Source: Gammaproteobacteria bacterium (GTDB lineage: Bacteria; Pseudomonadota; Gammaproteobacteria; UBA4575). Taken from it: a stretch of DNA of 64,000 nt. This document shows, one piece after another, positions 1 to 8,818 of the stretch (positions are counted from its first letter, which is position 1; the number at the start of each line of letters is the position of its first letter). A model generated the notes under the pieces. The model saw nothing but the letters and a program-made list of their open reading frames with translations. It was not told the DNA's origin and searched no databases. The stretch is taken from contig OZ242278.1 in assembly GCA_965207475.1 (NCBI GenBank), positions 8,454 through 72,453 of the forward strand, given 5' to 3'. The translations under genes were made by a program, and so were the position numbers.

Positions 1-97
1 GGCCGAGCGTGCGCAGATCATGCGTGAACAGGGATGCACGGAACTTGAGGCTGTGCACGAGGTGGCCCGGCGCATCCGGATCCGGTTGCAGGAGTAG
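1..97 (+). CDS. C-terminal end of conjugative transfer ATPase (VirB4/TraC-like, PFL_4706 family), partial
   Basis: Frame from nt 2 reads AERAQIMREQGCTELEAVHEVARRIRIRLQE*, resembling the C-terminus of this ICE ATPase family; expected position upstream of TIGR03757-like gene. Confidence 0.6.
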   Translation, partial: AERAQIMREQGCTELEAVHEVARRIRIRLQE

Positions 98-101
98 GGC
101 T

Positions 102-557
102 GTGTTCATCCATGCCCTGTCCTTGTTCGGTGCTCGTTCCCGTCCTCTTCTCATCCCCATCATGCTCCTGGTGGCTGTGCCGTGCATCGGGGATGCAGGG
201 GCATCGGAAGTCGAGGTCTTTGTGACGGGCGATGCTGCGCAGTTCGAAGAGATCAGTGGGGTGACGGTTTACCGGATCGGTACGATCAAGCAAGTGCAGG
301 CCGCACTCTCCCAAGACCTGCCGGGCGATCCGCAAGCGGCCCGGGACATCGTCTTGGCACGTTTCGCTCACCTGGATGCAGGTCTGGATCGGCAGCTCGA
401 AAATGCCGCCCGGGGCCTTGCCCGGGCGATGCACTACGGCATCGACCGGGTTCCCGCGATCGTCTTCGACGGGCAGGCGGTGGTGTACGGGATCACGGAC
501 ATCAATGCGGCCCGGCAGATCTGGCGCAGGTGGAAGAAGGCGGGGGCCCGCCCATGA
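102..557 (+). CDS. Integrating conjugative element protein, TIGR03757/PFL_4709-like
   Basis: Signal-like N-terminus; LSQDLPGDP and YGIDRVPAIVFDGQAVVYG motifs; GGAG before GTG102 (start uncertain). Confidence 0.8.
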   Translation: MFIHALSLFGARSRPLLIPIMLLVAVPCIGDAGASEVEVFVTGDAAQFEEISGVTVYRIGTIKQVQAALSQDLPGDPQAARDIVLARFAHLDAGLDRQLENAARGLARAMHYGIDRVPAIVFDGQAVVYGITDINAARQIWRRWKKAGARP

Positions 558-1573
558 AAACGCTGCACTGTTTTATGTTGACCATGCTGTTGGGACTCCC
601 TCCCGCAGTCCATGCGGGCACGATCACCACGTCAGAAATCGTGGAGCGCACGGGCGATGCGGCCCTGGCGTGCATGCGCTGGATGCCCGTCGGGGTGTGT
701 TTCTGGCTGCGCTGCTCGCTGTCCGGCTGCAGGGTCAAGAGCTCGCTCAAGGTGGGTCATTACCTGCCGGATGCGGTGGTCACAAGCTACAACGAGCTGG
801 GCGGCAATCCGTGGGAGGAGATTCGCGCGGTCCTGGGGCCGGTACAGGAGGCTGCGGCCGCAGGACTTCTTGCAGGTCTGCCGGGCGTGGCGCCCGGCAG
901 TGCCGGCAACCGCACCCGGGGCGGGCCAGGCCTGCGCGAGCACCGCAACCTGGTGTTTCGGGAGGTGGACGTGATCGGCCACCCACTGTCCACCCTGTCC
1001 GGACTCGTGGCCAATGCCGGTTACCTGTGCAATGCACAGACCCGTCCCCTCTTTCCCTATTTCCTGTCGACGCTCGATGCGCTCGCCTGGCGCACGGGCG
1101 TCCCGGAAATGCTATATCCGGCAAGCCTGGTTCCCGGGCTTCGCGAGATCGGGTCCTGGCCGGGGCAGACCTGGGGCAGCGTGTATCCCCGCACAGGCTG
1201 GGTGATCCAGGCCGAGGAGCCCAAGGCGGCCGCCGTGGCCGCACAGCGTGGCGCGGACATCGTCACCCGCACCCACCAGCCCCATGTCTACGTGCCGATG
1301 ACTGGCAGGTCCGGGTCCGGACAGAAGGTCTGGCGGCCCGATCCCCTGCTTGAGGACGACCCCGACACCGGGGAGTGGCAGATGCTTCACCCGAAACCGG
1401 AGTCCTCCTGCGGCCTGTTCGGGGTCAACGACCTGGCCAGCCAGGCCGGCTGGGGTGGCGGGCGGGTCGATGCCGGAGGGGATTACGTCTGGAGCCTGTG
1501 GCGGCCCTACAGCTGCTGCAGGGACCGCGGTTCCTTCCTGTTCGAGGTACGCTGGACTTCCTATCCTCCATGA
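554..1573 (+). CDS. Integrating conjugative element protein, TIGR03756/PFL_4710 (TraU-like)
   Basis: Signal peptide; GVCFWLRCS, WGSVYPRTG, W.LWRPYSCC motifs; ATGA overlap with upstream gene. Confidence 0.88.
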   Translation: MKTLHCFMLTMLLGLPPAVHAGTITTSEIVERTGDAALACMRWMPVGVCFWLRCSLSGCRVKSSLKVGHYLPDAVVTSYNELGGNPWEEIRAVLGPVQEAAAAGLLAGLPGVAPGSAGNRTRGGPGLREHRNLVFREVDVIGHPLSTLSGLVANAGYLCNAQTRPLFPYFLSTLDALAWRTGVPEMLYPASLVPGLREIGSWPGQTWGSVYPRTGWVIQAEEPKAAAVAAQRGADIVTRTHQPHVYVPMTGRSGSGQKVWRPDPLLEDDPDTGEWQMLHPKPESSCGLFGVNDLASQAGWGGGRVDAGGDYVWSLWRPYSCCRDRGSFLFEVRWTSYPP

Positions 1574-2910
1574 TCCTGTCGCACGCCTTCCGAATCCTTC
1601 TGCTGCCGGCACTCGTCATGATCAGCCAGGGTGCCGGTGCCGTGGCTGCACCGACCGAGGACAGCCTGTGGTACTACGAGATCGGCGGTGCGCAACCGGT
1701 CTCGGCACCGCCCAACCCTTCGGTGGTCTCGGTCACGCTGGGCGGTTCGGCCCAGCTCAGTGCAGGCTACAGTTGCGGCAAGTTCGACCCCGTGGCTGCC
1801 GTCACGAATACGCTCAACGAGATCGGGGCGGGCGTGGACCGCATGATGGGCGCGATGACCGCAGCGGCCACCAGTGCCATCGCCGCACTGCCTGCGCTGA
1901 TCCTGCAACGTGCCAACCCGGGACTGTGCGACCTGTTCCAGAATGCCCTGATCAAGGCCGAGGAAACGCTGAGCCTGGCCACCAAGTCCTGCGAGCAGAT
2001 GGAGGCGGAGATCGCACAGGGCAAGAACCCCTATGCCGATCTCATCGTCCTGTCCAAGGGCAACGACTGGAAAGCGCAGATGGGGGTCGGCGGCAATGAT
2101 GCCGTCACCGCCAAGCAGTCGGTGGAAGCCGCTAACGGCGACAACGGGATTCCCTGGATCGGTGGTCAGGCTGGCGGCAGCGGCCAGCCGGTGCTGGAGT
2201 TCACCGGAGACATCGTCGAGGCCGGCTACAACCTACAGATGAACCGGGCCCTCACGGACACGAGTCCCGCACCAGCTTCCTCTCCTGCACGACTGTCCAA
2301 GATCTGGGCCTCGCCAGGACAGGCCCGGGACTGGACCGTGGACGTGGTGGGCGAGAACATCGTCACCACCTGCGACACCTGCCGCAAGGACAGCATCCCG
2401 GGCACGGGCCTGCTGCCGAGGCTCTTCGAGGAGTCCGCCGCCGTCACCACCGGACTGCAAAACCTGGTGCAGGGCACGGCCCCGCTGACCCTGGCCAGTC
2501 TCAAGCCGGTCCATGCACCCGGAATCGCCTTGACACGGCAGGTGATCGAGGCCATCCGCGAGATGCCGGCCTCCGAGCAGAGTCTGGTCATGGACCGCCT
2601 GGTTGCCGAGATCAGCACGGCCCGCACGGTGGAGAAGGCCCTCTATGCCCGCAGGCTCCTGCTGTCCGGACGCCAGGTGCCCGAGGTCTATGCCACGCAG
2701 GTTGCCCGCGAGCATGCCGACCAGTCGATCGCGGAACTCGACCGCGAGATCGAGAGCCTGCTGTTCGAGACCCGCGCGCGAAAGGAGATTGTGTCCGCCA
2801 CCGTCACCACCCTGCTGGAGCGCGCCGCAGCGAGAAGGCAGGGCTCGCTTACCGTGCCCGATGTGCCGGTCCTCGACTCCCGGCCGCTGCAAGGCGGGCG
2901 TGTCCGCTGA
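1570..2910 (+). CDS. Integrating conjugative element protein, TIGR03755/PFL_4711-like
   Basis: YYEIGGA, CGKFDP, ALPALILQRANPGL, KSCEQM, GIPWIGG, TTCDTC motifs; ATGA coupling. Confidence 0.88.
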   Translation: MILSHAFRILLLPALVMISQGAGAVAAPTEDSLWYYEIGGAQPVSAPPNPSVVSVTLGGSAQLSAGYSCGKFDPVAAVTNTLNEIGAGVDRMMGAMTAAATSAIAALPALILQRANPGLCDLFQNALIKAEETLSLATKSCEQMEAEIAQGKNPYADLIVLSKGNDWKAQMGVGGNDAVTAKQSVEAANGDNGIPWIGGQAGGSGQPVLEFTGDIVEAGYNLQMNRALTDTSPAPASSPARLSKIWASPGQARDWTVDVVGENIVTTCDTCRKDSIPGTGLLPRLFEESAAVTTGLQNLVQGTAPLTLASLKPVHAPGIALTRQVIEAIREMPASEQSLVMDRLVAEISTARTVEKALYARRLLLSGRQVPEVYATQVAREHADQSIAELDREIESLLFETRARKEIVSATVTTLLERAAARRQGSLTVPDVPVLDSRPLQGGRVR

Positions 2911-2917
2911 TCCGCGC

Positions 2918-3274
2918 ATGCGCCGGTCGGGCCTGGTGCTTTTCACCGCCGTGGCCGTGTTGCTGGCGGTGCTGGCCGGCACCCTGCTCATGCACCGCCT
3001 GCAGATCGAGTCCGTGCAGTCCGTACGCCAGGGTCTGCAGGAATGGCAGCCCGTCCTGACGGGCATGCGCGTTGCCGCGATCCTCCTGGTCGCGCTGGGC
3101 TGGAACCGCCTGCTCGCCGTGCTCGCCAGTACAGGCATCCTCCATCCTGCAAGGGCAGGGCCGCTCACTGCACTGCGCGCACGCATCGTCCTCTGGCTGG
3201 TTGGGCTGGAACTGGTGCTCGGACAGGGCCTACCGGCCCGCATCATGCAGCTTGCCGCAGGCCAGGCATCATGA
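2918..3274 (+). CDS. Small ICE membrane protein
   Basis: Three hydrophobic segments; typical position between TIGR03755-like and traG. Confidence 0.7.
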   Translation: MRRSGLVLFTAVAVLLAVLAGTLLMHRLQIESVQSVRQGLQEWQPVLTGMRVAAILLVALGWNRLLAVLASTGILHPARAGPLTALRARIVLWLVGLELVLGQGLPARIMQLAAGQAS

Positions 3275-4836
3275 GCGTCGACAGCTATCTCGAGCTCTTC
3301 ACCACCCTGTTCGGCTGGACCTTCTACGGTATCCTGTGGGACGTGCTGGTCAGCACCGGCATCGTCTACCTGCCGTTCCTGGGGATCCTGGTCGATCACT
3401 GGCGCGAACCGGCCCAGGGGTCGCAGCCGGAACTGGCCGCCGGCCTGTCACTGCGGCGCATGGAGATCGAGCTGTTCATTGCGCTGCTGGTGGTGGTCCT
3501 GGCAGGCCAGCCAGCCGCCCTGACGCCACTGAATGCCGCCACCCTGTCCTACACGCCACCGCCCACCCTGCAGCATCCGGCCCCGGTCACGGCCACCGTG
3601 GCCGCACCGCAGAGCACCTACGGCACGACCGGCTTTACCGGCACCGTGGCGACCGTCAACGTGCCCGTCTGGTGGTACGGGGTGATTGCACTGAGTTCGG
3701 GTCTGAACCACGCCATCGTCGAGGGCCTGCCGAGCATATCGGACATGCGCACCTACGAGCAGCAGGCGCGCCTGGCGACCATTGCCGACCCGCGGCTGCG
3801 CCAGGAGGTCAGCGAGTTTTTCAGCCAGTGCTATATCCCGGCACGCTCCCGGTACCGGGCCCGGCGTCCGGACACGCCTGCCGTCCAGGGCATCCTGGCC
3901 ACCTACGGGGCCGATGACCCGGACTGGATGGGCTCCCACGTGTATCGCGATACACCAGGGTATTACGATACGCTGCGCCCGGTGCATGCGGTCGCAGGCT
4001 GGCCCTACAATGCGGCCCGGGACACGGAATACGATCCGGCTGCACCGCCTGCCTGGGGCAAGCCGACCTGCAAGCAGTGGTGGGAAGACTCCGCCATCGG
4101 GCTTCGGGAAAAACTGGTCAATGAGGCGGATGCCATCTCCGCCGGGTTCTCCGGCCTGGTGGTAGCTCTCGCACCGGCACTGGCCGGCGAACGGCAAGAC
4201 GATGCCGTGGCCCGGACCGTACTCACCAACGCGCCACCGTCCTGGTCGAGCAACGAGCTGCTCGTGCATAACGCATCCGGCCCGGGACTGGTCAGCTCCG
4301 CAGGCTCCGCCATCAAGAGCGGGCTTGCTGCAGGCGGCATTATCACAGCCTCGGCCCTGTTCTCGGTCACCATGACTGCCGTGCTCCAGGCTCTGCCCAT
4401 GCTGCAGGCGATCATCCTGCTGGGCATCTATGCGCTGCTGCCGCTGATGGTGGTGTTGTCCCGGTATTCCATCTCCATGATGGTTGTAGGGGCCATGGCG
4501 GTCTTCACCGTCAAGTTCTGGAGTGTGCTGTGGTACCTGGCAATGTGGGTGGACCAGAACCTGATCCTCTCCATGTACCCGGACGTCAATATCTTCCTGC
4601 AGGTGTTCGCCAATCCCGGCGAACACGACTTCAAGCGCATGCTGCTGAACATGATCACCACCGGCCTCTACCTGGGGCTACCGCTGCTGTGGAGCGTCAT
4701 GATGGCCTGGGCGGGAATCCGGGCCGGGCAGTCACTGGAACATGCGATGCAGTCGCTCAGTGCACCGGTTCACGATGCGGGCCGGCAGGGTGGGATCTTC
4801 GGGAAGACTGCGGTAGTACGGGGTGTAAAGAGGTAA
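3271..4836 (+). CDS. traG: Conjugal transfer protein, TraG N-terminal domain family
   Basis: MSVDSYLELFTTLFGW start, multiple TM segments, FFSQCY and TCKQWW motifs. Confidence 0.85.
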   Translation: MSVDSYLELFTTLFGWTFYGILWDVLVSTGIVYLPFLGILVDHWREPAQGSQPELAAGLSLRRMEIELFIALLVVVLAGQPAALTPLNAATLSYTPPPTLQHPAPVTATVAAPQSTYGTTGFTGTVATVNVPVWWYGVIALSSGLNHAIVEGLPSISDMRTYEQQARLATIADPRLRQEVSEFFSQCYIPARSRYRARRPDTPAVQGILATYGADDPDWMGSHVYRDTPGYYDTLRPVHAVAGWPYNAARDTEYDPAAPPAWGKPTCKQWWEDSAIGLREKLVNEADAISAGFSGLVVALAPALAGERQDDAVARTVLTNAPPSWSSNELLVHNASGPGLVSSAGSAIKSGLAAGGIITASALFSVTMTAVLQALPMLQAIILLGIYALLPLMVVLSRYSISMMVVGAMAVFTVKFWSVLWYLAMWVDQNLILSMYPDVNIFLQVFANPGEHDFKRMLLNMITTGLYLGLPLLWSVMMAWAGIRAGQSLEHAMQSLSAPVHDAGRQGGIFGKTAVVRGVKR

Positions 4837-4888
4837 AGGCCTGCGCGATTGCAGCCAGATGCGTGTCCGGGCAGACGGGATACCTGGA

Positions 4889-5173
4889 TCAGACGACGAT
4901 GCGTTCGATGTTGATCTTTTGCTCCAGATCACGCGATTGGGCGAGGTCGAAGGCCAATTGCATGCCAAGCCAGGTCTCTGGCGTAGAGCCGAACGCCTTT
5001 GACAGCCGATACGCCATTTCAATAGAAACGGACGCCTTTTCGTTGACCAGATGGGAAAGCGTCTGGCGACCGACTCCAAGCCGCCTAGCGCCTTCCGAAA
5101 TCGACAAGGCCAACGGCTTCAAACAATCTTCCCGCACAATGGCACCGGGGTGAACCGGGTTTTTCATTACCAT
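4889..5173 (-). CDS. higA: HigA family antitoxin (HTH)
   Basis: NPVHPGAIVREDCL ... EMAYRLSKAFGSTPETWLGMQLAFDL. Confidence 0.92.
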   Translation of the reverse strand: MVMKNPVHPGAIVREDCLKPLALSISEGARRLGVGRQTLSHLVNEKASVSIEMAYRLSKAFGSTPETWLGMQLAFDLAQSRDLEQKINIERIVV

Positions 5174-5184
5174 ATCAGGGCCTC

Positions 5185-5469
5185 CTAGTGGTAATCCAGA
5201 TAGTCGACATCCATCGCGTGTCCATCCTCGAACCGGAAGGTCACCCGCCAGTTGGCTGAGACGGAAACGGTATATCGCCCCTTCATTGCGCCTTTGAGTG
5301 GATGCAACCTGAAACCGGGAATATCCATTCCACTTGGGCTGCTGCTTCGGTCCAGCGCAGTCAGGATACGCAACAGCTTCGAAACATGACCCTGCGCCAC
5401 CCGTGCCGTGCGTCCTTCCTCATACAATTCTTTCAGGCCGCTATGCCGGAACGATTTGATCACAGTCAC
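5185..5469 (-). CDS. higB: HigB/RelE family toxin
   Basis: IKSFRHSGLKELYE ... PGFRLHPLKG ... VSANWRVTFRF ... DYLDYH; toxin-first order. Confidence 0.92.
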   Translation of the reverse strand: MTVIKSFRHSGLKELYEEGRTARVAQGHVSKLLRILTALDRSSSPSGMDIPGFRLHPLKGAMKGRYTVSVSANWRVTFRFEDGHAMDVDYLDYH

Positions 5470-5678
5470 AGTGTACGGTGTCTATCGACACTAGTCAATA
5501 CTGAACAGATCCGGGCCCGCTGTCGCACACCCGCATCGTCATGCACATCGTCATGCGCATCGACGGGCAGGTACGGACGGGCAGTTTAGCCACTACCATG
5601 CTGACGACAACCGTCTATCGGGGGGCTTTTTTGGCGACTTATATACATAATGGAAAGAGAAAGCAGAGAGAAGAGAGA

Positions 5679-7560
5679 ATTGTAGATTGCGGTCAGGCTC
5701 AGTTCAGATACACTCGCGACTGGGACGGGGAGTACACAGGGTAAATTGTAGATTGCGGTCAGGCTCAGTTCAGATACACTTCGTTTCCGGCGCCGTGATG
5801 CTCATGCTTGATTGTAGATTGCGGTCAGGCTCAGTTCAGATACACTGCTGCCGCTGAGGCAATGGAGAGGTTATCCATTGTAGATTGCGGTCAGGCTCAG
5901 TTCAGATACACTTTTTCATCTGTGTCAGGTGGTGGTGCAGCGATTGTAGATTGCGGTCAGGCTCAGTTCAGATACACTTTGTACTTAGACATCAACTCTG
6001 CCAAATCAATTGTAGATTGCGGTCAGGCTCAGTTCAGATACACTCAAATACCGGATGCGGAGATTGTTATTCACATTGTAGATTGCGGTCAGGCTCAGTT
6101 CAGATACACTCATGAACACGGACCTGTCCCGCAGCACCGTATTGTAGATTGCGGTCAGGCTCAGTTCAGATACACTGCGCCCTGCGGCGAATCCTGCTGG
6201 GCTAACATTGTAGATTGCGGTCAGGCTCAGTTCAGATACACTCATGAGCAACCCCACCCCCGACAACCTCGTATTGTAGATTGCGGTCAGGCTCAGTTCA
6301 GATACACTACCGCCCCGATCTACGTTGCCAACCAGTTATTGTAGATTGCGGTCAGGCTCAGTTCAGATACACTAATGGACGTATACGGGAAAGACCCGAG
6401 GAAATTGTAGATTGCGGTCAGGCTCAGTTCAGATACACTAGGGGCACCAGCGATGAGACGCCCCAGTCGATTGTAGATTGCGGTCAGGCTCAGTTCAGAT
6501 ACACTTGCTGCATACGTCCGGCCTGCAGTTGGATTATTGTAGATTGCGGTCAGGCTCAGTTCAGATACACTTCGGAGTAACGGACAATGAACTGCCCGAG
6601 CATTGTAGATTGCGGTCAGGCTCAGTTCAGATACACTCGCAGGCTGCGAAAGAAGGGGTCCAGATACATTGTAGATTGCGGTCAGGCTCAGTTCAGATAC
6701 ACTCCTGCAGCACCAGGGAGCGACTGATCGCCCATTGTAGATTGCGGTCAGGCTCAGTTCAGATACACTACGACGTGACCCATGCCTCGGTCTGGGACGA
6801 TTGTAGATTGCGGTCAGGCTCAGTTCAGATACACTAACCTACCTGGCCCACGTGAGGGAGTACAAATTGTAGATTGCGGTCAGGCTCAGTTCAGATACAC
6901 TTTTGGATATTTAGGATGTAACACAGTATGAATTGTAGATTGCGGTCAGGCTCAGTTCAGATACACTCAAGTACGTCAAGGAGGCTGGCCGCAACATATT
7001 GTAGATTGCGGTCAGGCTCAGTTCAGATACACTGAAAGTACGTTTTTCACGTTACAACAAATGATTGTAGATTGCGGTCAGGCTCAGTTCAGATACACTC
7101 ATATACCGCCCACACCCGTACCTATTGAAATTGTAGATTGCGGTCAGGCTCAGTTCAGATACACTCCACAACAATTGAGACAATGATAATTGTTAATTGT
7201 AGATTGCGGTCAGGCTCAGTTCAGATACACTTCGATGTGCAGGATGACGGCGCGCTGCGAGATTGTAGATTGCGGTCAGGCTCAGTTCAGATACACTCAT
7301 CCCGGCCCGGTACGTGACCGGGGCCGATTGTAGATTGCGGTCAGGCTCAGTTCAGATACACTCTCCGGCTTCTGGTTTGCAACAAGGTTGGCATTGTAGA
7401 TTGCGGTCAGGCTCAGTTCAGATACACTCCGTTCAAGAAAATCCCCAACCCTGTTCGGATTGTAGATTGCGGTCAGGCTCAGTTCAGATACACTTATCCA
7501 AGTACTTTGCGCGGATACATGCGCATTGTAGATTGCGGTCAGGCTCAGTTCAGATACACT
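5679..7560 (+). CRISPR. Type II-C CRISPR array: 29 identical 36-nt repeats ATTGTAGATTGCGGTCAGGCTCAGTTCAGATACACT, 28 spacers (26 of 30 nt, 2 of 29 nt)
   Basis: Repeats counted at 65-66 nt period; adjacent to cas2-cas1-cas9; + orientation inferred from the tracrRNA anti-repeat and resemblance to Neisseria GTTGTAG... repeats. Confidence 0.98.
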
Positions 7561-7595
7561 ATAGCCTGTATAAGCTACTGATATTAAAGGGGACC

Positions 7596-7934
7596 TTAGA
7601 ATATGGATAGTTGTTTTGGTGCTTGTTCTGTCGGAATACACTTTGAACCATGATAGACTTGCATCCTTTCAAATTGCTTCTCTGTTATCTTTAAAATGCG
7701 TACTTCCCCCTTTGGGGGGAGTGTCTTTTTTATTCTTTTGCAGTGTACTTCTGCACTTTCATCACTGGCACAGTGTCTAGTGTAAACGGAGTACTGCAGC
7801 ATTACAAAGCCGTCTGCCATTAGTCTTTTGCGAAATCTACTGTACTGGAATCGGTCAGATTTGGTTTCGGTTGGGAGGTCAAAAAGAACCATGGTCCACA
7901 AACTTCGAAATCCTCCGAAAATGATTTCAGTCAT
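7596..7934 (-). CDS. cas2: CRISPR-associated Cas2 (type II)
   Basis: MVLFDLPT, FRKRLMADGFVMLQYSVY, LPPKGEVRILKITEKQF. Confidence 0.95.
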   Translation of the reverse strand: MTEIIFGGFRSLWTMVLFDLPTETKSDRFQYSRFRKRLMADGFVMLQYSVYTRHCASDESAEVHCKRIKKTLPPKGEVRILKITEKQFERMQVYHGSKCIPTEQAPKQLSIF

Positions 7935-8818
7935 GCTAAAGCAGGAATAGTCAGCTTACCTTTATGTGTTTCCAACACTTTGCGCAAACTAGCGCAATAG
8001 ACTGCTAGTGCGCTCATGCAGGGGAGCTTGCGTTTTTTGATTAAAACAGGAGCACTGAGTACTGTAAGTAAATCATTTTTTGCATTTCTATCCAATCCAT
8101 TGAATGTATCGGCTTGTGACAATTTTGCGACACACCGATCTATCAACGGCCTTAGTGGTTCCATTACATCATCAGCCAAACAAAAAACATTGTATTGGTT
8201 ATGATGATGTATGCCGAAAGCAGGATGTAGCCCTGCACTCATGAGTGCACGAGAACATGCTGTCCGAACCAGACTGTACCCATAATTCAGAAGAATATTT
8301 ACATCATTTGACCCACTCTGATCCCGTTTAAAATCTTTGCCAAAAAGAGATTTGAAGTAGATTCGAGATGCTTGGGATTCATGGTTAGCCGTATCATTCA
8401 GTGGCACTGTTTTTGCTAGTCGTTGCAGCCTAGCACTTGTAATCCCGTGAACTGAAGTGAGTACTGCCAACTGCGTGTAGATTTTTGCTCGAATGATTTG
8501 CTGCCAAATAATGTGATGTACTTGTTCTGGTGTTGACGCTTGCATGCGCATAATCCTGCCTTGAGTTGCATGAGCATCGAGTGGTAAAAGTAGGGAGGCA
8601 GGGAGGTGTTTTTCATCCGTGACAATGAGTGCAATGTTTTGTTTGGCACAGTGTCGAAATACGCTTTGACTGCACGTAATCTGTGGATTGTCCAGAATTA
8701 AAAAAGCGATATCATCAAAAGGGATACTGTGTTTGCCTTCCTCATTTAGGACGATCAACTGGTTAAAATTGACTCGAAGATGTGCTTCTGAAGAAATTTC
8801 TATAGTTCTACGAATCAT
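7931..8818 (-). CDS. cas1: CRISPR-associated Cas1 (type II)
   Basis: N.LLNYGYSLVR, GLHPAFGIHHHNQYNVFCLADDVMEPLRP. Confidence 0.96.
   Translation of the reverse strand: MIRRTIEISSEAHLRVNFNQLIVLNEEGKHSIPFDDIAFLILDNPQITCSQSVFRHCAKQNIALIVTDEKHLPASLLLPLDAHATQGRIMRMQASTPEQVHHIIWQQIIRAKIYTQLAVLTSVHGITSARLQRLAKTVPLNDTANHESQASRIYFKSLFGKDFKRDQSGSNDVNILLNYGYSLVRTACSRALMSAGLHPAFGIHHHNQYNVFCLADDVMEPLRPLIDRCVAKLSQADTFNGLDRNAKNDLLTVLSAPVLIKKRKLPCMSALAVYCASLRKVLETHKGKLTIPALA

Noticed and set aside
376-4626. Long alternative-frame and antisense ORFs over ICE genes (similarly over 25868-27028 and 33325-34710)
   Set aside because: Shadow ORFs expected in high-GC coding DNA; no motifs
5808-7641. ORFs with repeated IVDCGQAQFRYT / SVSELSLTAIYN peptides
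   Set aside because: Translation artefacts of the 66-nt-period CRISPR array
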